From contig OX597815.1 in NCBI GenBank assembly GCA_951406725.2, positions 66,216,001 to 66,280,000 on the forward strand: a DNA stretch of 64,000 bases, written 5' to 3'. Below, in pieces: positions 52,316-64,000 of the stretch (positions are counted from its first letter, which is position 1; the number at the start of each line of letters is the position of its first letter). A model generated the notes under the pieces. The model did no database searches. It had not been told where the DNA came from and worked only from the letters and a program-made list of their open reading frames with translations. A program made the translations under genes and the position numbers. The stretch is from Octopus vulgaris. Its lineage: Eukaryota.

Positions 52316-55300
52316 GATTGTGTGTGTTAAACATTAAACTTAATTGAGATTCATAAAGAATAGTAGCTGAATATTTTATAATATTAACCAATTTAAATGG
52401 AAACAATAAATTATTTTCTACCTCCATGGTGTTTGAAACTACATACTACTATTTCTATATGATATGGTTTTCAAATGATGAATTTTAATAAGGACTACAC
52501 TGTTTGAATATATATTTTATGTCATCTAAGACAGGTGAGTGGGAAAAGTGTGTGTGTGTTGTGAAAGAGCAACAGACATGCAAACAGAAAGAATTAGAGT
52601 GAGGCAAAAAGCAAAGGGAAGATCTAAAGAGAAACAAATTACAGAGAAACTGAAGGAGAAAAAAAAACGAGTTTGACATCATAAATTGACATTTTTGTAC
52701 CTTACACTAGCACTCCTACACAACAATCACTCCATTACATTTAGCAGTACATTCCATTGTCACTTTTTCACCTAGTATTCAATATCTGGTTATATCACAT
52801 GGCAAAACTAGTGTAGCTACTCCTTCATACACCAGCTAATACCTTTAATGTCCAATTACATTTTCAGTTCATTTATGGTCTGTTTTCCGTACAAGTTGGT
52901 TATTATACATCCAACATACCTCTTTTTTCTTCCACTCGCACAAATCTTTCACTTTCAGTGCCAGTGTCTCACAACCAGGCAGCATGATATTTATAATACA
53001 TGCCTACATAATCTGCTTTTTCACAAAGAGAGAAACAACCCTTCTGTCACTAAAAATTTCATAAATTTTTATCCCTTTCTTATGCCTTCATCAAAATTAC
53101 CTCCACTACTTATATCACAAAAGAAACTATATATTACATCTGAACAACTCATGGATACTCCTACTTCTCACTACTTTTGTACATCTATTACATTTAAAGT
53201 TCTAATTCCACATTAATTTACCAGGGATCTATCCATTTGCACCTTTTGTGTAGACATTGATAGCTATTTGCTCTGTCAAAAACCTTCTTCATGCAAACAG
53301 TCATAAAGGCCATTTGCTTGTCTTGCACTAATGTCAACTACAGAGCAGTTGCATTAATAGAAATATATTGCATCAGTGTTCTTATAAACCACTACACTCT
53401 AAACTTATCATGTCTAAATCAACTCTATATTTAGTATTAACATTAATTTTCTTAACTAGTTTTAACACTTGATTTGTTGTAACACTTGATTTGTCACTTT
53501 GAAGTTTGTGCAATTGTTCCACATAGGCAATACCACATTTCTACCCTATCATTTAACTAAGTAAAACTTGATGGTTTCAGTGACTATACCTGGTAAACTG
53601 TCATGACTGTGATGGATTTATTGCTACTCCCTAATGCAGCTTGCTAGTATACACATTATGGCTGAAGAGATAGTCATATGTTCAAATCAACTACATGGGC
53701 TTCGTTGGGCACAATTCTTCATTGCTTACTTCATTTAACTGTCGTGAATAGATACCAGGTAATATGAGAGTGTAATCTGAAATAGACTGGAAAACATTTT
53801 TTATTTCCTTCATATCATGAAACCAAAACTAAACACTGACTTTAAAAGCTTTTTAGGAATTAGGGTGCATTTACATTACACTTTTACCTCTTTTGGTTTC
53901 CATTATCCTCACTCAAATTTTCCATTCAACTAATCCTTGTACTAATACTTTTGCCCTATCACTGAAGTCAAATACATTCATGTGATTTTGAACACACTTC
54001 TTGCTTAGGAACTCCTGAATATTCTACTTTTGTAATTCAAAATACATTTCAGTTTCAAAATACAGTAAGAGACAAAGTCATCAAGATTGTTTCTTTTAAT
54101 TATCTATTTCTTTAACTAGCAATATTTTCAGGTCCCAATGAAAACTGATGCTTGAATTATTCTAAATAACATTTCAGCCTGTATGTTAACCTCAAATTCA
54201 GTTTACTACAATCACCTTGCCTCCCTCCCCTTCATCTTCTTCTTCCCTCCCTTTCTCTCTATTCTTCCTTCCCCTCTTCATCCCTCCTCCTAGTTCCCTC
54301 ACTCCTCATCTCTCTCTCCCTTCTCCCTCCCCATTTTTTCCCTTCCGGGGGAGGGGGTTCCCTCTTTTGTTCCCCCTCCTCACACAACTAATTATAAATG
54401 ATTAAGCCTTCAGTATATACCTTACTTATCTGGATTCTTTTAATTTAATTCAGTGTTTACTAGACTTTAGATTCTTAACCATATCAAATTGATGAAAACC
54501 AAGTAGATTGAAATAGTAGCTATAAGTGAATGTTCAGGACATTGTCTTCTAATTCATTAAAGTGTATGTGCAATGTTCTATTTTCATGTTCATATAGCAC
54601 GTCAAAGGCCAAGTTTAAAGCATTTTTATTTAATACTTCACTTAGGAAGTAGGCCAAGCTGCTTACCTTTCAGAGGTTTAAAGAATACTCCCTAATGTGT
54701 TTCTGTTTATCTTTAGCTAGCATCATTACTTTCTAATGAAGAGCTGTCTTGCTAATAGTTTATATGATTCCTCTACTCCAGGGGATAAGGAGAAAAAAAT
54801 ACAACATTAATGAGAGGAGAGTAAAATAATAAATATACATATGAAAATGAATAGAAATTGGCATAATGATAAAGTTCCAAAGTAAATAATGAAAATGAGT
54901 ACAATAGGGGTAATGAAACACATGAGGGTACAATGGGAAAGTACTGGTTATTAACTGAATCTACAAGTATATTGCATATAATTACATGAGTTTGTATTAT
55001 TGTTAGCTTCACAAAATAAAATAATTGTGATGTAAATTGCTAAAAAATGCTTCCACTATTTCCTTAGAGCCTTGGCCCTTGGTTACTTTTAGCAGTCTGT
55101 TCTGTTGTAAGCTTTCAGGCCTGGTCTTTAATCTGGGGATAACTTCTTTTTACTTTCATCCCACCAGTCTTAGAAGGCTTTGATAAAGGATTCAAGAGTG
55201 CTACCTTTCTTTCCCTAAACCATTTAAAAAGAGGATAGGAGACTAATTATAGTTTAATAGAAAAAGTAAAGGAAAATAAATATTCAGATTAGATTATTTA

Positions 55301-55483
55301 TGATGGACAACTTTATTGTTATTCACCAAAAAAATAGGCATTACAGCTGTGAGAAGAGTTAAAACATTTTCATCCCTCAATTCCTAAAATTAGATCTGGA
55401 AAATCTAAGATGTTAGCAATTTTAGACAGGAAATACATTTCTGAATTCAAACAAATGCTGGAGAGAATTTTATCTTAAGTATA

Positions 55484-56460
55484 TACAGGGTGTGGACAGT
55501 ATTCATTTGCATGATGTCTGTCTCAGGAAAAAATGAAAGATTTTTTTTTAGATATATTTGTTAAATTTGGATCAATTTATCTTCATGACATATTCTGTTG
55601 ATCTCACTCAATAAACCCACCTTTGGCCTTGATGACAGCCTCCAAGCAACCTCAGAACCAGCCACAAGCCTTTGTCACAATCTTCCATTTCAGGCTCTTG
55701 AAGGCCCTGATAATCCTGGCCCTCAGCTCATCCTTCATGTTGCAGCTGGATTTATTGGTCTCTCATTCCACCATGCCCCACACAAAGAAGTTGTGGGAGT
55801 TGCAGTCAGGCAAGTTGGGAGGACAAATATCAAGTGCTCTGTGATTGAAGAAATTCCCCAACAACCAAGCCTGGGGCTTCCAGCTGGTGTAGCAAAGCAT
55901 CAGAGTCTTGCTGCCATGCATATGGCCTCCCTGCAGCTACCTGGTCTATCCAGGGTTTCACCACTTCACTCACAGCATAGATGTAGCTGTCGGTATTCAG
56001 CATGAGACTTTCAGGGAAGAGGTGGGGTGGCATGATGTTGCCTTCACTGCTGATGACAATAAAGACTATGATCATTACTGGAAATTTCATCTGCATGGCT
56101 CTGGGACGTCCTTGGGTCAGACAGCAAGCCACCTGTTGTTCTGGGAGTTGATTATCTGGTCTTGGCAGAAATTCTTCTTGTCAGAAAAGAACCACAGCAT
56201 GTCTGGATCCAGCAAGTGTTTCAACTTGTTAATCAACTTCTTGGTTGCTTTCCTGCATTGCCTTGGGCAGAAATTATCCCTTCATCATTTTTTCATATTG
56301 TATGAAAAATAGCAAATGTCCTCATGCACCAGTATCCTTATGAGCTTTTCATCCACACCTTTCTCATGTGTAGTGGCACACATCAATTTGCTGGGATTAT
56401 TGTTGATGATGACCTGGATTCCAGTGACAAATTCCAGCATTCTGATGGCATCATTTTCCT
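55484..56460 (-). mobile_element. Degenerate Tc1/mariner element, maT (DD37D)-like
   Basis: KFPVMIIVFIVISSEGNIMPPHLF..VVKPWIDQVAAGRPYAWQQDS; FFLSDKKNF near 56170-56195; TA-cagggtgtggac terminus. Confidence 0.72.
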
Positions 56461-57169
56461 TTTTAATTTTCCTTTTTAATTTAAAAACAATGAATTGTAA
56501 ATATTTTCAGAGGAAATGATGAACAATTCAAGGGAAGTTTTGCTGTTGTTTCTAGCACAAATCAGTTTATTAAAGAATGCCATGCAGTGTCATCAAATCC
56601 AAGACCTCATGGTTGTGAGGCACATGTCTTAATCATTCAGCCATACCTAACCTATAGATTATACCTGAAATTCAAAGGTTCAGCATTGTCGTACCCAGTA
56701 TCATGTTGATTTTGTTTCAGAATGATGTCAAGAATACATTTGTCTATGGAATACATGACCGCTTACATGCTAATTCAGTGTGCAAGAAAATCAGTTGATT
56801 GAAAACTGAATCTTCATCATTGAAATTGACAGAGGAGCATCCATATTTAAGCATATGTGAATGTACATATATATGTATGAGTGTTCATATGTGTGTATAA
56901 GTGTACATACGTGTATGTATCTATGTACTGACATGCATGAATGGTTAACACTTTCATTTTGTACTTGAGAGGTCCTTGGTTTTGTCCACTGCAGAGCACC
57001 TTAGGCATGCACTTTCTGCCATAACCTCAGATTGATTCAAGCCTTGTGAATAAAATCAGCAAGACAGAAACTATGTTGAAGTCCATTGGATGGACTTCAA
57101 CATTTCTTTATTTCAAATAACCAGCCCTATCACATTACAAAATCTTGTTAATTCTGCCTGAAGATTACA

Positions 57170-57376
57170 TTGACCCTTTAGCATTTAAACAGGCCATATC
57201 TGGTCCAAATATGCTAACCAGATCCATCCTGTCACTCATACCCTCCAATGCTATTCTAAAAATATACAATCACATCATCAAAATTTTGAATTTGCAAAAT
57301 AATGCATGATTAATTAAAAACAATGTTAATGAAAAGTCATTGCATTTGATAGAATAATCTGCATGCTAAAGGTTAA
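57170..57376. mobile_element. piggyBac-type MITE
   Basis: tt(g)accctttagcat ... atgctaaaggttaa termini (TTAA-like ends). Confidence 0.55.
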
Positions 57377-57842
57377 TGGTGTTTGTGTTTAAAGAACACT
57401 CAACCATTTTGAACTACTGGAATATTCATAAATGAAAATGACAAGATCATCCTTGAAAGGATTTATTTACTAATTTACTTTTTGCCTTTGTATGTAGTAC
57501 AAGTATGTGATTAAATGTATATATTCCTATAAATATATATGTGAAAGATCTCCAGTTGTCAGATAACTTTGTTCATTTTTTTTTTAATCCTTGTTTTTCA
57601 TCAAAACTTCAAATTTCAAAAATGATTAACAAACATTGTAGAGGAAGAATAGAGCTACAAAATGACATAAAACACTATAATAAAAGTATCTTTTGTATTA
57701 ATTCAAATAACATAGGAAAGGATATTAAGAAATGGGAAAGGGAGGGGTGAAATAATGAATTTATCTGACAACCCATAATGATTTAAACAATTACTGGCAA
57801 CCCATGATAATTTAAACATTTACAAATATTTATTTTCCACTA

Positions 57843-58068
57843 CAGTAATCTCTCAACATATCGCAGTTCACCTATCGAAGTCTGTTATTTAAGTTTACAT
57901 TGATTCCTCCATGGTGTTGTCTTGCATTTATAATAAAATAAATATATACAAATCATAAAAATGTTTTAAAAATATATATATACAGTACAGTACGGTTTCT
58001 ACTTGGCAGATTTTCACATTTCACAGGGGTTTTGGAATGTAACACCTGTGATAGTTGAGGAATTACTG
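57843..58068. mobile_element. Tigger/pogo-type MITE
   Basis: TA-cagtaatctctcaacatatcgc ... gtgatagttgaggaattactg-TA. Confidence 0.75.
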
Positions 58069-58116
58069 TATTTTTGTGATTTTACTAAATTAGTATTTAA
58101 TTTTCTTTTCATACAG

Positions 58117-58218
58117 TCATTCTACTAGTAGAGTTGGCTTGGCTAATCGTTGGAGTTGTTTGGACCGCAAAATATTACCAATCATGTGCCTCAGGTTCAG
58201 TGAACAGAATTGTTCTTG
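58117..58218 (+). CDS. DAGLA: Diacylglycerol lipase alpha, next internal coding exon, 102 bp
   Basis: ttttcatacag acceptor, gtaagt donor; phase fits the previous exon (T|TC = Phe); FILLVELAWLIVGVVWTAKYYQSCASGSVNRIVLG matches the DAGL-alpha IL..E....IVG.VW...YY.SC segment. Confidence 0.92.
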
Positions 58219-58439
58219 GTAAGTTTCTAAATTCTCTATATTTCTGCATCTGTGTGTGTGCATCATCTTCTATCTTTTACTTGTTTCAGTCATTGGAAGG
58301 TGACCATGCTGAAGCACTGCCCTCCACTTCTCCTGCACTATCTCTCACACCTCTGTCTCCTTTCTTGACATTTCGGTCAGCATTCGTCATTCCACTCTCA
58401 CCACCTCCATCCACTACAAACACACAGACTCATACTCAT

Positions 58440-59800
58440 ACCTCAACTTCTCTTCCTCCCACCCTAAACACACCAAGCTTTCCATCTCCTATTACCAATT
58501 CCTCTGTCTACACAGGCTTTGTAGTGATGACCATGACTTTGAGACTCAGTCTCAACTCATGGCTCGCCACTTCATCCTATGTGGATATCCCCTCACCACT
58601 ATCCGCACTGTCCTTGCCAGAGCATGTTCCATGGACCATGCATCTGCTCTCTCCCCCCGAACCTGCCCCGCCATCTCCCGCCTCCCATTTCCCCTCACCT
58701 ACCACCCACCACCCTACCTCCCCAATGCACCATTCTCCAAGCCTTCCGGTGACTCCAGTCCAACCCCTCCACTTCGTACATCTTCCCTAAGTGACCCCTC
58801 CCCTCCTTCAAACGAGCTCACAACCTATGAAACCTCTTGGTCCACAGCTTCTTCCCTAACCCAACCTCCCAACCTGGCTCGTTCCCCTGCTCCCGCCTAT
58901 GCTGCCACACTTGCCCTTACCTCTCCAACACCACCCTCCTCACCGGCACCCATCATCGACCCTATCACATCACCGACTTCTTCCCCTGCACTTTTACCAA
59001 TATCATCTACTGCTCTCTCTGCCCTTCTCATCGGGCAAACGGGACACCGCTTGGCTGACCAGTTCGCGGAACACCTCTGAGACATCCGACTCGGCAGTGA
59101 CAACCCAGTCTCATGCCATTTCTACTCTATCGGTCACTCTTTGCAACACCTGTCCGTGTTTGGATTGTCCTTGCACAGGGGCCATCTGGACTCCTGTTTG
59201 CACCGTAAACAGGGATTAATCTTCTCTCTTCGCTCCTTTGCACCACATGGGCTCAACTCTCCTCCCCTCGCCTCTCTCCCCCTCACACCTACTTCCTCCC
59301 ACCCACCTCTCCTCTCTTGCTCTGACTCCTACTTCACACCACACCACACACCACTACACCATACACCACCATACCACACAACACATCACATCACAACACA
59401 CCACCACACACACCAGCACTGACCACTTCCCAGACCCACATTTTCACATCTACACATACACACACGCACACGTCAAGATCACCAGTCCTCTTCCACACGC
59501 ACATACAAACTCTCTTATACACGTGCACATGCACATTTGTTTTGGTATCACCACTACTTTATTATCTCCCCTTCTCCCTATCTTTTCTGTGTGACCCTTC
59601 TGTCCGGCATTCGCCATGATAGATCACTAGCCACTACACATTCTTTATTTTCTCTCCTTGTTTCTTCCAGTGTTCCTTTCTGTGGATGAGCGTAGGCTTG
59701 AAACGTTAAAGACTTTTTCACTTCCCGAGCATTAAACTAATACATCTGTTTGTTGTCAATACCACCTGTCTTCATCTTTTGTTTTTTTGTGAATTCTCCC
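58440..59800 (+). mobile_element. Penelope-like element (Neptune-like) 3' part: GIY-YIG, simple-repeat spacer, pLTR
   Basis: GSFPCSRLCCHTCPY..FPCTFTNIIYCSLCP / IGQTGHRLADQFAEHL / LRSFAPHGLN; hammerhead-like motif downstream. Confidence 0.85.
59676..59711 (+). ncRNA. Variant minimal hammerhead motif in Penelope pLTR
   Basis: CUUU-CUGUGGA-U-GAGC-GUAG-GCUU-GAAACGUU/AAAG; stems I and II pair, core has A6>U. Confidence 0.55.
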
Positions 59801-60109
59801 TGCTGGTGGCACGTAAAAAAGCACCATCCGATTGTGGCTGTTGCCAGCTTCGTCTGGCCCCTGTGCCGGTGGCACGTAAAAGGCACCATCTGATCATGGC
59901 CGTTTGCCAGCCTCGTCTGGCACCTGTGCAGGTGGCACGTAAAAAGCACCCACTACACTCACAGAGTGGTTGGCGTTAGGAAGGGCATCCAGCTGTTGAA
60001 ACACTGCCAGATCAGACTGGGCCTGGCGCAGCCGTCTGGCTTCCCAGACCCTACTTGAACCGTCCAACCCATGCTAGCATGGAAAACGGACGTTAAATGA
60101 TGATGATGA

Positions 60110-60112
<3 letters not shown>
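59801..60112 (+). mobile_element. RTE LINE 3' end
   Basis: ggtggcacgtaaaaagcacc repeats, terminal catgctagcatggaaaacggacgttaaa(tga)n. Confidence 0.88.
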
Positions 60113-60152
<40 letters not shown>

Positions 60153-60359
60153 GTGGAGTTGAACCTGAACCCATGTTGTTGCAAAGTAAGCTTCTTAATC
60201 ACACGGCTATGCTTGTGCCTATGCATGTGTGTGTCTTTGAAAAGGGGAATTCACTTTGCAAGCAGGAGATCACAGGTTCAATCCCAATGCATTGCATCTT
60301 GAATGTCTTATCGCATATCCTTTCATCAACCCAAACCTTGTAAGTGAAATTAAGGGAAT

Positions 60360-60765
60360 AGAAAAGACCCACTTTAGTGAATCGAAAAGGAGTGATGTTT
60401 CATCAGGACTATGTGCAACCCCACACTGCAAAGATCACATCACAGAAGATCGAAGAGCTTGATTGGGAAAAAATTCTTCATCCACCTTATTCTCCTGACC
60501 TTGCCCCTTCAGACTACCATTTGTTTCATAGTTTACTGAATCATTTGGGGGACATAACTTTTGCAAGCCAGGAGGAGGTCGAAACTGACATTTCAGAGTT
60601 CTTCGCTTTGAAACCAAAAGAATTTTACATTGATGGGATTAAAAAGCTTGTAAATATATGGAAGGAAGTCACAGATAATCAGGGAAAGTGCATTGATGAT
60701 TAAATTTCAATTAAATATAACATTTGATCACTTGTTTCCTTTATTCAAAATTCAGACAGAACTTA
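60360..60765 (+). mobile_element. Mariner transposase 3' fragment
   Basis: FHQDYVQPH..WEKILHPPYSPDLAPSDYHLF..GIKKLVNIW. Confidence 0.9.
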
Positions 60766-62454
60766 CGTATATGTATATGCATTCCCAAACACATGCATAT
60801 ACGTATGTATAAATACAAGAGAATGCATACATAGGTGCATAAATGTATGTGTGTATATATACATGCCTACATACAGGCACACACGCACACACACTATTAA
60901 GTGACTTGTGAGGAATGGTTAATTTTAAACATCATTGGATCATTACTGAAAACTTTACAAAGTGTACTGCTAGTCAGTTTGGTGGAGTTATAACCTCTTC
61001 AAACTGTGTCCTCCAGAATTCCAGCTACCATTACAAGCTAATAAAATACTTGTCAAATTTACAGTGCTCCTATTACAGTGATGAACTGTTCCTACACCAT
61101 GACAACTACTTAGAGCTAGGTGAACTGAACTTTTTGAGAATAACAAGCTTCAGTGTCTTGGCCATGTTGCTGATTATATAAGCCTACATAAGCCTACATT
61201 AGTGTAATAAATGTTGAATAATCAAAGAAAAATATCAAAATGTTCATCATGTTTCCTCCCCACCACATCCTCCAGATTTTTAATTTATTGATAATATATC
61301 AAAGTCCCATAAGTAAGTCCCATTTCCAGCAGCTTGTACTTTGTCATAGCAATTATGTGCAACATCTCCATTGTGGCTGAGTCTGTTTTGTTTAAGAATT
61401 CTCTCCAGTTGCAGTCATTGTTCATTTGTTAAAAGCTACTCCTCCAGATATTTACCAACAATACTCTTTGATCTGCTAACATTGCATGCAATAACTGCTT
61501 CACTGAAAGGAAGATTATCAGGGATAGCTTCTTTGTTTCATTAGTTTAGGCTTTAAGTAGCAACATTGTAAGACTTATTATCCTTTTACTTAGGAAGGGA
61601 GCTACAATACATGACTCAGATTTGTAATTGAATGACATTCTGGAAAATAATAACCTTTTTTGTTCTTCGTTTTTTCATTTTCAAATAACAGATTAAATCA
61701 AAAGCACATTTCTTTTCATCTGTTCCTTCTAGAAATACAAATCATCTAGTTTTTTTTTTCTTTTCTCTTTGTTTTTTTTTTATTCATTTAAATCTTGTTG
61801 TTTTAAAGTGTTTATTAACCCTTAAATGGTAGGAAAGGGTTGCATGGATGTGTGTGCCAAAAAGGCAAAAAGCAAAAGAATAGCTCTTTTTACTGGTATT
61901 TTTATACTTATTTTCACTTTAAATAAGTGTTAAACTATACTAATTATTAATCTCATGCACAAGAAAATTTACAATCTCATTATTGAAAAGTGCTGTAAAA
62001 TATTTGCTTTCATTTGGTGGTAGTAGTATCCATGTAAAATTTTTGAAACTTCAATTGATGATATTTGCTTTTTAAGAGTTAAAAGAAGAAAAACACTAAA
62101 AAATATTTTTCCTGTATAATCTATGATGCTTATTGGTATGCTTTTCTATTTCATGAGACTGAATAATTTTGGTATCTACATTTACACATGGTATTTTTTA
62201 GTTCAAATCTTCCCAATGGTAGATTTATCATAATTTCATTTTATATAAAATACTAGCAATATTTGGAGGTCGCAGCTACTTATTACATCTTTTTCTACGA
62301 TACTTTTAAAATGTGTTGCTTGTCTCTGAAATGAAATTATTTCTAAGACATAAATCATCATATTTATCAAGTTCATCTTTTGCAATCACTAAATCAAATC
62401 AAGAAAAATTCATTTTATAACTTTTCAGAACTATTTATGGATAATTGTGAATAT

Positions 62455-62823
62455 AGGCGCAGGAGTGGCTGCGTGGTAAGTAGCTTGCTTACCAACTACA
62501 TGGTTCCAGGTTCAGTCCCACTGCGTGGCACCTTGGGCAAGTGTCTTCTCCTATAGCCTCGGGTCGACCAAAGCCTTGTGAGTGGATTTGGTTAACGGAA
62601 ACTGAAAGAAGCCCGTCGTATATGTGTGTTTGTGTCTGTGTTTGTCCCCATCGCTTGACAACCGTTGCTGGTGTGTTTACGTCCCTGTAACTTAGTGGTT
62701 TGGCAAAAGAGACTGATAGAATAAGTACTAGGCTTACAAAGAATAAGTCCTAGGGTCAATTTGCTCGACTAAAGGCAGTGCTCCAGCATGGCCGCAGTCA
62801 AATGACTGAAACAAGTAAAAGAG
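62455..62823 (+). mobile_element. Well-preserved tRNA-derived SINE
   Basis: A-box-like tggctgcgtgg, B-box-like ggttcagtccc, ccttgggcaagtgtctt core; many other copies in the window (e.g. 41250-41765, 48570-48720, 51577-51740, 63250-63470). Confidence 0.88.
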
Positions 62824-63489
62824 TATATCTTCATCCATTCTGTATGTCAATTTATAATTATATCAAAAAGCTTGTTCATTCATTCAATCATTTTATATCC
62901 ATTTTCCATATAGCGTGGGTTAAATGAATATATTATTGAAGCATTGTTTTATAACTGGATATCCTTGCTGTTGCTAATTCTCTGCTGTTTTTTCAAATAA
63001 GGGATCTCTTATTTCACACATCTTTGAAGATGTGAAGTGGAAATTTTATGTAAACAAACACATAGACACATTCACAGCTTGAAAAAAAATACCTAGTACA
63101 TACTTTAAGGGTACCCAGCTGTAGAAACTGTTCCAAAATAGATACTGAAGCACAGTAATGTCCTTGGACCCATCAGATCCTATCAAACTGTCCAAACCAT
63201 GTCAGCATGGAGCATGGGCATTAAATGATGATGATGTGGATATATATATTCTTTTATTCTTTTACTTGGTTCAGTCATTTGATTGCAGCCAAGCTGGAGC
63301 ACCGCCTTAAAGGCTTTCTTTTTTTTAGTCTAAGAAATTGTCCCCAGGACTTATTCTTTTTGTAAGCCTAGTACTTATTCTATCACTCTTTTGCTGAACC
63401 ACTAAGTTATGGAGACATAAACACACTAATGTCAAGTGATGGTTGGTGGACAAACATAGACACAAAGACACACATATAAATATATATAT

Positions 63490-63530
<41 letters not shown>

Positions 63531-63536
<6 letters not shown>

Positions 63537-63972
63537 CCAGTGCCGCTGGACTGACTCCTGTGCAGGTGGCAAGTAAAGAAACACCGTTTCGACCCTGTGC
63601 TTGAGGAGACCTATTGAGTCAAGTACACCAACATCAAAAATCAATGGAAATTGTAGTTGTGATCCCTGCGCCGGTGGCACGTAAAAAGTACCATTCGAAC
63701 TTGGCCGATGCCAGCGCCGCCTTGACTGGCTTCCGTGCCGGTAGCACGTAAAAAGCGCCAATCCGATCGTGGCCGTTGCCAGCCTCTCATGGCACGTAAA
63801 AAGCACCCACTACACTCACGGAGTGGTTGGCATTAGGAAGGGCATCCAGCTGTAGAAACACTGCCAGATCAGACTGGAGCCTGGTGCAGCCTTCTGGCTT
63901 CCCAGATCCCGGTCGAACCGTCCAACCCATGCTAGCATGGAGAACGGATGTTAAACAATGATGATGATGATG
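63531..63972 (+). mobile_element. RTE LINE 3' end
   Basis: Same 3' UTR repeats and (GAT)n tail as other copies. Confidence 0.88.
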
Positions 63973-64000
63973 CTGATGATTTACACATGATGGGTTTCTT

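Noticed and set aside
58219-58790. Extension of the DAGLA exon as a 218 aa ORF
   Set aside because: Reads through a canonical gtaagt donor into SINE/Penelope sequence

Overview
Eukaryotic, AT-rich, repeat-saturated DNA. The huge (TA)n/(CA)n tracts, RTE LINEs with (CAT)n tails, tRNA-derived SINEs and Penelope-like elements are most consistent with a cephalopod (octopus-like) genome; this is an inference. The only host-gene sequence I can support is two + strand internal coding exons of diacylglycerol lipase alpha (47825-48036, 58117-58218). Its first coding exon is not visible, so much of the window is probably intron. The rest is a nested transposon landscape: Naiad-like and Neptune-like Penelope elements, RTE, CRE-like and R4/Dong-like LINE remnants, mariner/maT, Chapaev3-like, Helitron-like, MITEs and SINEs. 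The most notable unexplained structure is a young tandem array of a 544-545 bp non-coding unit (33619-35497). Three copies carry a minimal type I hammerhead ribozyme motif on the - strand, making it a candidate retrozyme/circRNA locus. Further hammerhead motifs and an unusual density of foldback palindromes are also present, including a near-perfect one with 332 bp arms. Nearly all ORFs in the supplied track are microsatellite or transposon artefacts. Boundaries of degenerate repeats are approximate (read by eye).
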